Shown here in pieces: positions 9,669-17,782 of a stretch of 40,370 nucleotides of DNA. Origin of the DNA: Macrostomum lignano (lineage: Eukaryota); the NCBI GenBank assembly GCA_002269645.1, contig NIVC01004619.1, forward strand, positions 1 to 40,370, written 5' to 3'. The position numbers and the translations under genes are program-made. The first letter of the stretch is position 1. Every line of letters starts with the position of its first letter. The notes under the pieces are model-generated. The model was not told where the DNA came from. It did no database searches and was given only the letters and a program-made list of their open reading frames with translations.

Positions 9669-10162
9669 ATGTACGCATCAAAACGCAGAAAAGGTGTCTG
9701 CAAGCAAAAGAGGAAATCTGTCCCGAATCGGAAATCGCGCTCTAGCAAACGTGTTCAGAGAGGATCTGGGATTGTAAACTGGTTAATCAATCACCTACCA
9801 TTTGAGGTCCACCTCCCTGGTTACAATTTTTGTGGACCGTAAGTGAGCCAAACTTTTTCATGATTTAGTTTGACACTGTTCTAACTAGGAAGTATTAAAT
9901 TCGCTCTTAATTAAGGGGCACGCGGTTGCGAAAACGGCTTGCGGAAGGACAGCGAGGGAAAAACCGGTTGGATGATCTTTGCCTACTACATGATGTTGCA
10001 TACGAAAAGAGCTCGGACACAAACTCTCGTCTGGAAGCTGATCGGTTGTTAGAAGCCGGAGCTAGAGAGATTATAAGCGATCCGAATACTGGGTGGGGAG
10101 AACGCCTTGCTTCAAAATTCGTGGCTAAGGTGATGCACGCTAAGCAGCGATTGGCAGCCTGA
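9669..10162 (+). CDS. Parvovirus-type phospholipase A2 (PLA2) virion protein, 2 exons (9669-9838, 9916-10162), 138 aa
   Basis: Removing GTAAGT...TTAAG (9839-9915, 77 nt) gives MYASKRRK...QRGSGIVNWLINHLPFEVHLPGYNFCGP|GTRLRKRL...LDDLCLLHDVAY, restoring the Ca-loop YxxCGPG and the catalytic HD motif. Confidence 0.92.
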
Positions 10163-10168
10163 ACACAA

Positions 10169-10876
10169 ATGGAAACTTTCAATCTGCAGTTGGCACACGA
10201 TTCCTCAATCATCTTGGCCGGACCATCAAACTCTGGCAAAACTGAATGGGCGCTGCGTTTGCTGCGCGAACGAAATTTGTTATTTAAGCAAGCGCCAACG
10301 CGTCTCGTGTGGTGTCATGGCACGGACCTGAGTCCTGGTGAACAGCACCGCATTCGTTCAAGCTGGGAGGAGGGCGGGAGCGGGCAGCATAATTTGATTC
10401 GAGGATTTCCGCTCGAGCTTATCTCTCAACTTCGCCCACACGATTTGCTGGTTGTCGATGATCTCCAGAGTGAAATGGCCAAGTCCCCCGAATTTACAGC
10501 AATTTTTACAAAATATGCCCACCACACACCACTAACTTGTCTCTATTTATGTCAGAATCTCTTTCATCGTTCTGATGCTGAAGCGCGCTCGCGAAGCCTC
10601 TCTGCTAGCTACATCTGCCTGACCCGAAATATTCGCGATCGAACGGTTGTTCAAAGCCTAGGGAAGCAAATGTTTCCAAAGAGGAGCAACTTTCTAGTTC
10701 GTGTCTATGAAAACGCAACTGACAATAGGCCCTATTCATACCTGTTTATTGATCTGCGACAAGAAACTCCCGACTTTTTAAGGCTTCGTACTGGTATTTT
10801 CCCGGGTGACAAACAGCTTGCGTACACCTCTGGTAAAAGCAACTCTGTTTCACTTGATTTTATAAGCAATCCATAG
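10169..10876 (+). CDS. FtsK/A32-like genome-packaging ATPase
   Basis: Walker A GPSNSGKT, Walker B LLVVDD, downstream HH...LCQNLF, and the PYSYLFID tail typical of Polinton ATPases. Confidence 0.95.
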   Translation: METFNLQLAHDSSIILAGPSNSGKTEWALRLLRERNLLFKQAPTRLVWCHGTDLSPGEQHRIRSSWEEGGSGQHNLIRGFPLELISQLRPHDLLVVDDLQSEMAKSPEFTAIFTKYAHHTPLTCLYLCQNLFHRSDAEARSRSLSASYICLTRNIRDRTVVQSLGKQMFPKRSNFLVRVYENATDNRPYSYLFIDLRQETPDFLRLRTGIFPGDKQLAYTSGKSNSVSLDFISNP

Positions 10877-10909
10877 ATTGCACTTTGCTCCTTTGTAGAA
10901 ATTTTGAAA

Positions 10910-11899
10910 ATGAGTTTTTATGTGTTTTTGCCTTCGAATGACAAGAGTTATGCAGATAATTCACCCAGCGAGTTTCGAGTCCGGCTAAAGGATCCACTGA
11001 ATGTTGGAACGCGCTATGAAGTAGCACTGGTTGAGCTAATCTGCGGAGGGTTTCCTGCTTCGGCTGCAAAGGACTCTTCGTTAGATAAAAAGGAAATTGT
11101 CTACTATCAAAGAGACGTGCAAACGTATTTTTCTTCAACAGCACCTCGATTTGTGAAGTTGTGGTCCCAAGCAAACTTGGAGGCATATCTTTTGTGGAGG
11201 CAAGCGGAGGCGGGCTCGGGAGCAAAAATCACATATCAGTGGTTCCTGCGAAACGGTGGTAGCCGATCGGTTCATGTGGAAATTCCAATGACGTTTCTCA
11301 GTACATTTGCCCTAGACGAGTGGGTTGTGGTTCGAGCGGGGATAGGCAATGAAGAAGGTGAATGGAGTGAGGCTTCTCTACGGACTTTGGAAGAGGTTTC
11401 AGCGAAGATGGATAGATTGAACGATAAGTATACTATGATTTTTAATTTTGTTCTGGACCCATATCATGCTGTGAAATTTTTGGGCGATGGAGAACGCATG
11501 AAATCTCTACAAAGTGGTTCAGTGGACGACGCTCTGAAAAAAAATGTTTGGAAGCTTGTGCACCCGTGGACATTTACCATACAATATTTGCCTGGTGAGC
11601 CGTCCGGTGCTGGGGACGACAATAGCAAGCAGTATATGCATTGCTACACTGACATCATCGACTATCAGCCCGTTGGAAGCACATCTGTTCCACTGTTGCG
11701 CGTCGTGGATTTGCAGCGGAAGGGACACGAAGTAACGCATGAACATAGTTCCTTGACAAATCCTTACTATGTTGGAGTGAATCGTCAGGGCATCAGCGAG
11801 ATTTCAATTCGACTGACTGATCAGCGTGGCAAAGGAATACAATTTCAACCGGGCTCGCATACTGTGGCGGTGCTCCATTTTCGTCCTAGAATTGACTAG
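10910..11899 (+). CDS. Minor capsid protein (penton), with central variable insertion
   Basis: N-terminus MSFYVFLPSN...N...FRVRL...YEVALVE and C-terminus YTDIIDYQPVG...PLLRVV...ISIRLTDQRG...VLHFR match the Polinton penton pattern. Confidence 0.88.
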   Translation: MSFYVFLPSNDKSYADNSPSEFRVRLKDPLNVGTRYEVALVELICGGFPASAAKDSSLDKKEIVYYQRDVQTYFSSTAPRFVKLWSQANLEAYLLWRQAEAGSGAKITYQWFLRNGGSRSVHVEIPMTFLSTFALDEWVVVRAGIGNEEGEWSEASLRTLEEVSAKMDRLNDKYTMIFNFVLDPYHAVKFLGDGERMKSLQSGSVDDALKKNVWKLVHPWTFTIQYLPGEPSGAGDDNSKQYMHCYTDIIDYQPVGSTSVPLLRVVDLQRKGHEVTHEHSSLTNPYYVGVNRQGISEISIRLTDQRGKGIQFQPGSHTVAVLHFRPRID

Positions 11900-11956
11900 G
11901 TGACTAATTTATAAGCAAACTTTGGGGTGTTGAGTATGATTTGACCAATAATTTAA

Positions 11957-12400
11957 ATGCCTTTATTAACAGAAAAAGCTAGGAAGAGCCTCTGCTCGCT
12001 TTCTAAGTGTGCCATTTTATTGCAGAGTGCGGCCCGCTTGAAAGATAAGCACCAACGCCGCCAATTTCTGCAAAGCTTGACTCTGACGGAAGTCCGCTGT
12101 CTACTTGAACTGTTGCTGAATATTGTCAAGCGGCGCGTGCCGATAAAAGCCTGCGATCAGCGCCGATTGCAAAAACACGCGCCTGTGATACGCAAGCTGC
12201 TGAACGGTGGAAAGAGTCTAGTTGAAAGGAAGAAAATTATTGTTCAAAACGGAGGCTTCCTTCCTTTCCTGGCGCCCATCATTGCTGGCATCACCTCGGC
12301 CTTGCCTGCCATTGGAACAGCGCTAGGAATTACGTCCGGAATTGCGGGCACAGCAGCTGGAGCAGCAACTCTTGTGCGGAATATTCAAAACAAGAAATGA
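11957..12400 (+). CDS. Conserved small Polinton virion-associated protein: basic helical domain, QNGG|F site and amphipathic C-terminus
   Basis: ...ELLLNIVKRRVPI...RKKIIVQNGGFLPFLAPIIAG..., a pattern typical of Polinton/adintovirus small ORFs. Confidence 0.8.
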   Translation: MPLLTEKARKSLCSLSKCAILLQSAARLKDKHQRRQFLQSLTLTEVRCLLELLLNIVKRRVPIKACDQRRLQKHAPVIRKLLNGGKSLVERKKIIVQNGGFLPFLAPIIAGITSALPAIGTALGITSGIAGTAAGAATLVRNIQNKK

Positions 12401-13146
12401 GTCGGCACGACGGGCTTCAGCGGATGGTTCTACTTCCCGAGGCAACATACAATATGATGTGTGATAAAAAAACTCCCCCTACAAATGAAGCCAATACCTC
12501 TCTGCCGGAGCACGAGGAACCTCGAACTAGCGTTTTGGACGGGCCACGCGAGGCACTAGGCAAAAATCTGGTTGGGATGCGACAACGGTTAGATGAACTT
12601 GATGCGGCTGCTGCTTCTACTCAGCACCCGCCCAATACAAGCGCACACCTGCAGCGCTCACAGTTGGAAAGTCGGCTTCTTCACGCGCGTCGAGATTATT
12701 TTCAGCCTTTACCACCTGCGCCTCCGAGCAAAGTTAAAAAGGAATCTGCTGGAAGCTTCATTACTGTTGAAGAAACAAGCATTCCGAAAGCTTTGAGGGC
12801 CCGATATAAACGCCTTGCAGACAAGGTGTTTGAAGAGAGCGAGGAGGCTGCACTACCATCTGAACTTACTCAAGATGAGGTTAAAAATCTAATGGAATAT
12901 GTTGTGCGAGACAAGCCGCTTAAGCGCCACGTAGAGCGGCCACCGAGTGGACTATCAAATTTTATAGAATATCTGCAAAAGAGGAATTTAGATCCCAGCA
13001 TGATTGGGAAGCATCTTCGTGGAGATTTGCAAAATGGCGGACCAAATCTTGGAGACAAGGAGGCCGACAGTTCTGCTGAAATGCCACATGGCGAGAGAAA
13101 AGGCGTTGATATGGAAATGCTTGAAAACTATGAAACTCTAAATTGA
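12397..13146 (+). CDS. Polinton hypothetical protein (249 aa)
   Basis: ATG overlaps the upstream stop (ATGA). The N-terminal QRMVLLPE motif resembles conserved Polinton ORFs. Function unknown. Confidence 0.75.
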   Translation: MSRHDGLQRMVLLPEATYNMMCDKKTPPTNEANTSLPEHEEPRTSVLDGPREALGKNLVGMRQRLDELDAAAASTQHPPNTSAHLQRSQLESRLLHARRDYFQPLPPAPPSKVKKESAGSFITVEETSIPKALRARYKRLADKVFEESEEAALPSELTQDEVKNLMEYVVRDKPLKRHVERPPSGLSNFIEYLQKRNLDPSMIGKHLRGDLQNGGPNLGDKEADSSAEMPHGERKGVDMEMLENYETLN

Positions 13147-13402
13147 GTATGCAATGCTGGTGGTTTGGTTAATCTATATGCAAACTTGTTTTTATTCGAG
13201 ATAAATATAAAACATTTGCGTGTGTATGTTATGGCTTCTTTGGGCCAGCGATTTTTTCGTTTTCTGGTGGAAATCTTTCGCGTTTGCTTCCATGGATCGC
13301 TTTGCGGTGAATTGATTCAAGATGAAGTAGACAATGTGACAGTAAACCTGCGGACAAATATCAAATGCTGCACTAAGCAGAGCAACACCATTTCGTTCGA
13401 GA

Positions 13403-14605
13403 ATGTCGGAGCAGAGGACGAAACAGCGGTTGCGGGCGCGAACTAGTTTGAACGACGCGGCTGCAAATGAACAAGACGCGTGGAAATTTCTGAGCGAGAA
13501 TTTTTTTGACTTGGAAAATCCAACTTCATTTGGAGGGAACAAGGCGGAGCTGGTTCGCGCTGTACGAAAGAAATTCGCAGGACTTACCTTTGCTGCTGCA
13601 AAAAAGTTTGTAGACAAATGGGCGCGGGGAACACGCGAATATAACTTATTTCGCAAGGCGCGCCTGCGATTTCCCACGCCCCGGATTAGCGTGCCTCCAA
13701 CAGCAAAATTTCAATTTCAAATTGACCTTGCTGACTTGCAGCAGTACAAGGACATCAATAAAGGTTATCGCTTTGTTCTCGTTTTGATTGATTGTCTAAC
13801 ACGAGTTGTTCGTCTTCGACCGCTGTACACAAAAAAGCCCACAGAAGTTAGTCAAGTGTTGCGTGCGATTTTCAACACCGGTTTCAAACCAAAGTATTTG
13901 CAGGGGGATGCTGGGATGGAGTTTTTAGGACGTGCAACACAAACGATGCTGCGTGAAGAGGGAGTTCACTTTTTTGTAAGCCAAAGCACATACAAGGCCG
14001 CAATGGCTGAACGAATCATTCGAACTCTGAAGGAGCGGTTGTCGCGCTATTTCAGGTCAATTAACTTGCCACAGTGGTATGACATTTTACCAAAGATGGA
14101 AAAAAATCTAAACCAAAGTGCGAACCGTTCATTGTATGGCCTAACGCCACAAGTGGTGCAAGCAGATCCCCATCTGCAGGGAATTCTGTGGGATCAGATG
14201 TTTGGTGCAATACCGACTTCGCCTCGTTATGTGCCTGGCGATTGGGTTCGAATCGCGCGACGCAGAGGAACGTTTGAAAAGGGTTACTCGACTGTTTGGA
14301 GCAATGCTGTCTATCGAATAGGACGAGTCCGCGAAGGAACCCCGCCCATGTATGTGCTCGAGGATCCAGAAGATGACTTCGAACCGCTCAAGGGATTTTT
14401 TAATGAGGCAGAGCTTCAGCAAGTTGAGGGACCTGAAAACGACGTGAATGAAATAGAGAAAGTTCTTCGAGTGGAGAAGCTGCCGGGCGGGAATCGACGC
14501 TATTTTGTAAAATGGAGAAATCTACCAGAATATCGGGCGCAGTGGCTGAAGAAACAAGAGCTGGACGAAGAGACCCAGAAACTGTTCAAACGTGTCTATA
14601 AGTAA
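13403..14605 (+). CDS. int: Retroviral-type (rve) integrase with C-terminal chromodomain-like domain
   Basis: DDE triad: FQIDLADL / LQGDAGMEF / MAERIIRTLK. LVLIDCLTR. The C-terminus is EIEKVL...RYFVKWRNLPEYRAQW. Confidence 0.97.
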   Translation: MSEQRTKQRLRARTSLNDAAANEQDAWKFLSENFFDLENPTSFGGNKAELVRAVRKKFAGLTFAAAKKFVDKWARGTREYNLFRKARLRFPTPRISVPPTAKFQFQIDLADLQQYKDINKGYRFVLVLIDCLTRVVRLRPLYTKKPTEVSQVLRAIFNTGFKPKYLQGDAGMEFLGRATQTMLREEGVHFFVSQSTYKAAMAERIIRTLKERLSRYFRSINLPQWYDILPKMEKNLNQSANRSLYGLTPQVVQADPHLQGILWDQMFGAIPTSPRYVPGDWVRIARRRGTFEKGYSTVWSNAVYRIGRVREGTPPMYVLEDPEDDFEPLKGFFNEAELQQVEGPENDVNEIEKVLRVEKLPGGNRRYFVKWRNLPEYRAQWLKKQELDEETQKLFKRVYK

Positions 14606-14626
14606 ATGTAAGCATGAACTTGCTAA

Positions 14627-15142
14627 ATGTATGCCTGTATTCAAATGGATCCCGTGTTTCGTTTCTACGCGGGCCCGAACCATGAACAGGTGGGTGGACG
14701 CGGAAGTTCCTCTTCGCGCTCAATTCCCGTATACGAGGGCTACGGATTCTTGTCAAGCCTTGCGAATCGTTTGTTTTACCCTGTTCTGCGCAATACTGGC
14801 AAAGATCTGCTGCGACGAGGATTGACCTACCTTGCAGATAGCGATGAAGAATCCCGAAAGGCAAAGAAGAGAGGAGGGGGATTCGACTATGGAGTAATTG
14901 GGAACGAACCGGCTGCCTCTCCCCCAAAGAGAAGGAAACATGGGCGTTCGCGTACCAACAAGATGCCAGCTACTATAAGCAAGGCGGGGCGCGGACGAGG
15001 AAAACTATCAAGGACAAGCAAGCAGAAGGGTCGTGGTGTGCAATCAAGAACCGGCAGGAAAAAGCTTCGTGGCAAGCGGCACAAGAAACGAGGCAAAGCA
15101 AGCGCTTCAAAGAGTCTGTTTAGTCTGTTTAATAAAGAATGA
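14627..15142 (+). CDS. Arg/Lys-rich putative core (DNA-condensing) protein
   Basis: N-terminal FY...QVGG...PVYEGYGFLSSL motif followed by an extremely basic tail; lies directly upstream of MCP. Confidence 0.8.
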   Translation: MYACIQMDPVFRFYAGPNHEQVGGRGSSSSRSIPVYEGYGFLSSLANRLFYPVLRNTGKDLLRRGLTYLADSDEESRKAKKRGGGFDYGVIGNEPAASPPKRRKHGRSRTNKMPATISKAGRGRGKLSRTSKQKGRGVQSRTGRKKLRGKRHKKRGKASASKSLFSLFNKE

Positions 15143-16464
15143 ACCAGCTGCTGGGACCGGATGTTGTCGCACTGAAGAGTGAATTGTCTCTTTTTGACCC
15201 CTCTCCGGTCCAGTTTAGTGTTTTGGAGAGTCAGTTTACGAACATTCAGCCGCAGCATGGCCTCGCTGCTGGTGCTCCAATTGAATTCGAAATTCCTCCG
15301 GCTGGGGATTTGTATCTCGACTTGCATGAGACTGCGCTCAATGTGAGTTTTCGAGTGGTGGATTCGGAAAACAAAAGCATCGATGCTGCAAAAAACTTTG
15401 TGTGTCTGAACAACCTGCCGATTGCCTCGCTGTTTCAAGATGCGCAGCTTAGCATTGGAGACAGCGTTATCGAGGGCGGAAGCTTTCTCTATCCATACAA
15501 GAGTATGCTGCTGACGCTGCTTGAGTATGGAAGCATCGCTCAGAAGGCTGTATTGGTGCTCTGGGGATTTTACAAGGATACTGCGGGAGAAATGGATTCT
15601 GCTACGGATGCAAATGTCGGACGCAAATCGCGCGTGGCGTTGATTGCTGGAGGGAGAACTTGCAGTCTCTCAGGACCGTTGTTCCTTGATTTGTTCCGTC
15701 AGCCACGTTTCTTGCTGTCAAAGACAAACTTGCGACTGAAGTTGATTCCCTCCGATCCGAAGTTTGTGCTCAGTGGAGCCGGCGTCGGTGCAGAACCGCT
15801 GAAGGACTATTTGGTGGTTATTGAGCGTGCAGAGCTGCGAGTTCATTATGTGCTGCCATCGCCTAGTGTTCTGGCTGCCCATGCACAGGGACTCAAGAAG
15901 CATAATGCGCTTTACCCGCTGAACAGCCTGCAAATGAGCACCTTCACAATTCCGCAAGGAACCTCCAGCTACACGCGCGAGAATATGTTCCAGGGAGGCG
16001 TGCCGAAACTGCTGCTGGTCGCTTTTGTGACCAACAAAGCTTTCAACGGTAGCATGGATACGAATCCGTTCAACTTTCGACATGCAAACGCTTCATGCAT
16101 TGCTGTGTTTGTGAACGGAGAGTCAGTTCCTTCGCGCCCCCTGCAAGTAAATCTGGCGAAGGAGAATGGTGAGGTGGAGTACAATTGGTTGCTACAGCAA
16201 CTGGGCCTGTATATGCAGAGCAGAGAAATTGGCTTTAGAATGGACGAGTATGCTCGAGGATATGGCATCTTTGCGTTCAATCTCTGCAGTGAGCTGGGAG
16301 TGGGTGTTGGAACACAGCTATACAAAGAGGGCAGCGTGCGCTTGGAACTGCGGTTTAGCACCGCTACTGCAAGTGTCTACAATGTAATTGTTGGAGGGCT
16401 CTTTGATAAGCAATTGCAGCTGACGGAGTTTCGTGACGTTGTGCCTGGCACCGCCTGGAAATGA
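15139..16464 (+). CDS. Major capsid protein (double jelly-roll, Polinton type)
   Basis: KSELSLFDPSPVQ...PIEFEIP...YLDL N-terminus, plus NPFNFRH and GSVRLELRF, which are Polinton MCP motifs. 441 aa. Confidence 0.95.
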   Translation: MNQLLGPDVVALKSELSLFDPSPVQFSVLESQFTNIQPQHGLAAGAPIEFEIPPAGDLYLDLHETALNVSFRVVDSENKSIDAAKNFVCLNNLPIASLFQDAQLSIGDSVIEGGSFLYPYKSMLLTLLEYGSIAQKAVLVLWGFYKDTAGEMDSATDANVGRKSRVALIAGGRTCSLSGPLFLDLFRQPRFLLSKTNLRLKLIPSDPKFVLSGAGVGAEPLKDYLVVIERAELRVHYVLPSPSVLAAHAQGLKKHNALYPLNSLQMSTFTIPQGTSSYTRENMFQGGVPKLLLVAFVTNKAFNGSMDTNPFNFRHANASCIAVFVNGESVPSRPLQVNLAKENGEVEYNWLLQQLGLYMQSREIGFRMDEYARGYGIFAFNLCSELGVGVGTQLYKEGSVRLELRFSTATASVYNVIVGGLFDKQLQLTEFRDVVPGTAWK

Positions 16465-17018
16465 AAAGCGGCGTCCCGAGCGGATTGACAAACATTTATC
16501 TGGCCGCAGTATCCCGCAAACTGCAACGCATCTACCGGCACGCCGTGTTTTTGGGAGTCTACTCTAGCAACTCTCTGCCTTTACTGCCCGCAAGAAACGG
16601 TGGCTTGCTTGACACTCAAAGTTATTTTTTAATTGCAAACACAGACACTAGTAACCTACCTGGCCGGCATTGGATTGCTATTTGGGTTGGACCTGGTCCG
16701 ATTGGGGCCGCGGGGCGACGAGGAGAATTTTTTGACCCACTAGGACTGCAACCAATGCCTGAATTTTCGCAGTGGCTGAGCCGCGAGTGTGGAGGCACTT
16801 GGAGTTTTACTCGCTTTTCTGTTCAGCATCCCTCCACGGGACATTGTGGCGTGTGGGTTTTGTTTTATCTGTATTTTAAACTTGCTACTAGAGAACCTCT
16901 GATACATTTTATCAACTTTGTTTTGCGCGGATATCGCCGTAGTTCTGTTTCGTTCCGCGCTGCTTTTCATGCTCTACGCAGTTTTCAGCTGAAAATTCTT
17001 AATCCCCTAAAGTGGTAA
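16461..17018 (+). CDS. Adenain-like cysteine maturation protease
   Basis: IANTD...PGRHWIA (His), EFFDPLG (Asp), VQHPSTGHCG (Gln, Cys). AATAAA at 17126. Confidence 0.93.
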   Translation: MKSGVPSGLTNIYLAAVSRKLQRIYRHAVFLGVYSSNSLPLLPARNGGLLDTQSYFLIANTDTSNLPGRHWIAIWVGPGPIGAAGRRGEFFDPLGLQPMPEFSQWLSRECGGTWSFTRFSVQHPSTGHCGVWVLFYLYFKLATREPLIHFINFVLRGYRRSSVSFRAAFHALRSFQLKILNPLKW

Positions 17019-17337
17019 TCTCTGACGTATCAGTTTTTTAACTCCTTGGATTATTGCCTGCTTTAAAACGCTTTTGCACGCTGTTATTTCAGTCTGTCTC
17101 GCGTTACTTGTTTATGCGGTGGCGAAATAAAATATCGTTTATGAAAAAATCTTTGCCGTTGTTGGTCTGATTTAAAAACCTCTCCGGTCGACGCACCATG
17201 GAAAAACGGGCGGGTAATTAGAACAGAAAATTAGTCTGGCATCGAGAAAAAAGGCAGTGGCACTTTGGCCGACGGACGGAGGAAAAAGCAAAAATCTGCT
17301 TTTGCACGGACCTAGCTACGATCATTTGCACCACTCT

Positions 17338-17528
17338 GGCGGCAAGGGAAAGAAAAACTGGAGGTCTGCGCTGCATGGAAGAGAGGAAAATTGCGCCCCA
17401 GTTGCTATCGGGAGAGGGATGAAAATTTAGCCGAAGTTTCGGCTATCTCCCATGTATTTCGCCCATGTACCAACCATACATTTTTCGTATTTAAAAAAAC
17501 CCTCCGTGTCCGATTTTTATCTACTACT
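17338..17528 (-). repeat. Right terminal inverted repeat of the Polinton
   Basis: Ends ...CCGATTTTTATCTACTACT, the reverse complement of 71-261. Confidence 0.95.
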
Positions 17529-17782
17529 CATGTTCAGAACATTTATTGCGTGATTAGCCCTATATCGATTCGCAGATGAGAAGATAAAACATCAAATATG
17601 ATTCTCAATACAATAAAATAAGCTCGCGAATAAAATAAAATGATTGCCAATAAATGAGCAAGTCTGCAGCGAAGGATCATTGATGGTTTCATACAATCTG
17701 TTCTCTACTAGTAATAAATCATATAGGATTAGTGTACTAATCTAGCAGTTAAGCTCTGCGCGACTTGTTGAAAAAATGCAAA

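Larger units (their letters stand above)
71..17528 (+). mobile_element. Polinton/Maverick (adintovirus-like) endogenous virus, apparently full length
   Basis: 191-bp TIRs starting AGTAGTAG and ending CTACTACT enclose pPolB, rve integrase, MCP, penton, packaging ATPase and cysteine protease, the defining Polinton gene set. Confidence 0.97.

Noticed and set aside
13165-13677. ORFs 13165-13446 (+) and 13192-13677 (-)
   Set aside because: Non-ATG or overlapping the integrase start, with no recognisable motifs.
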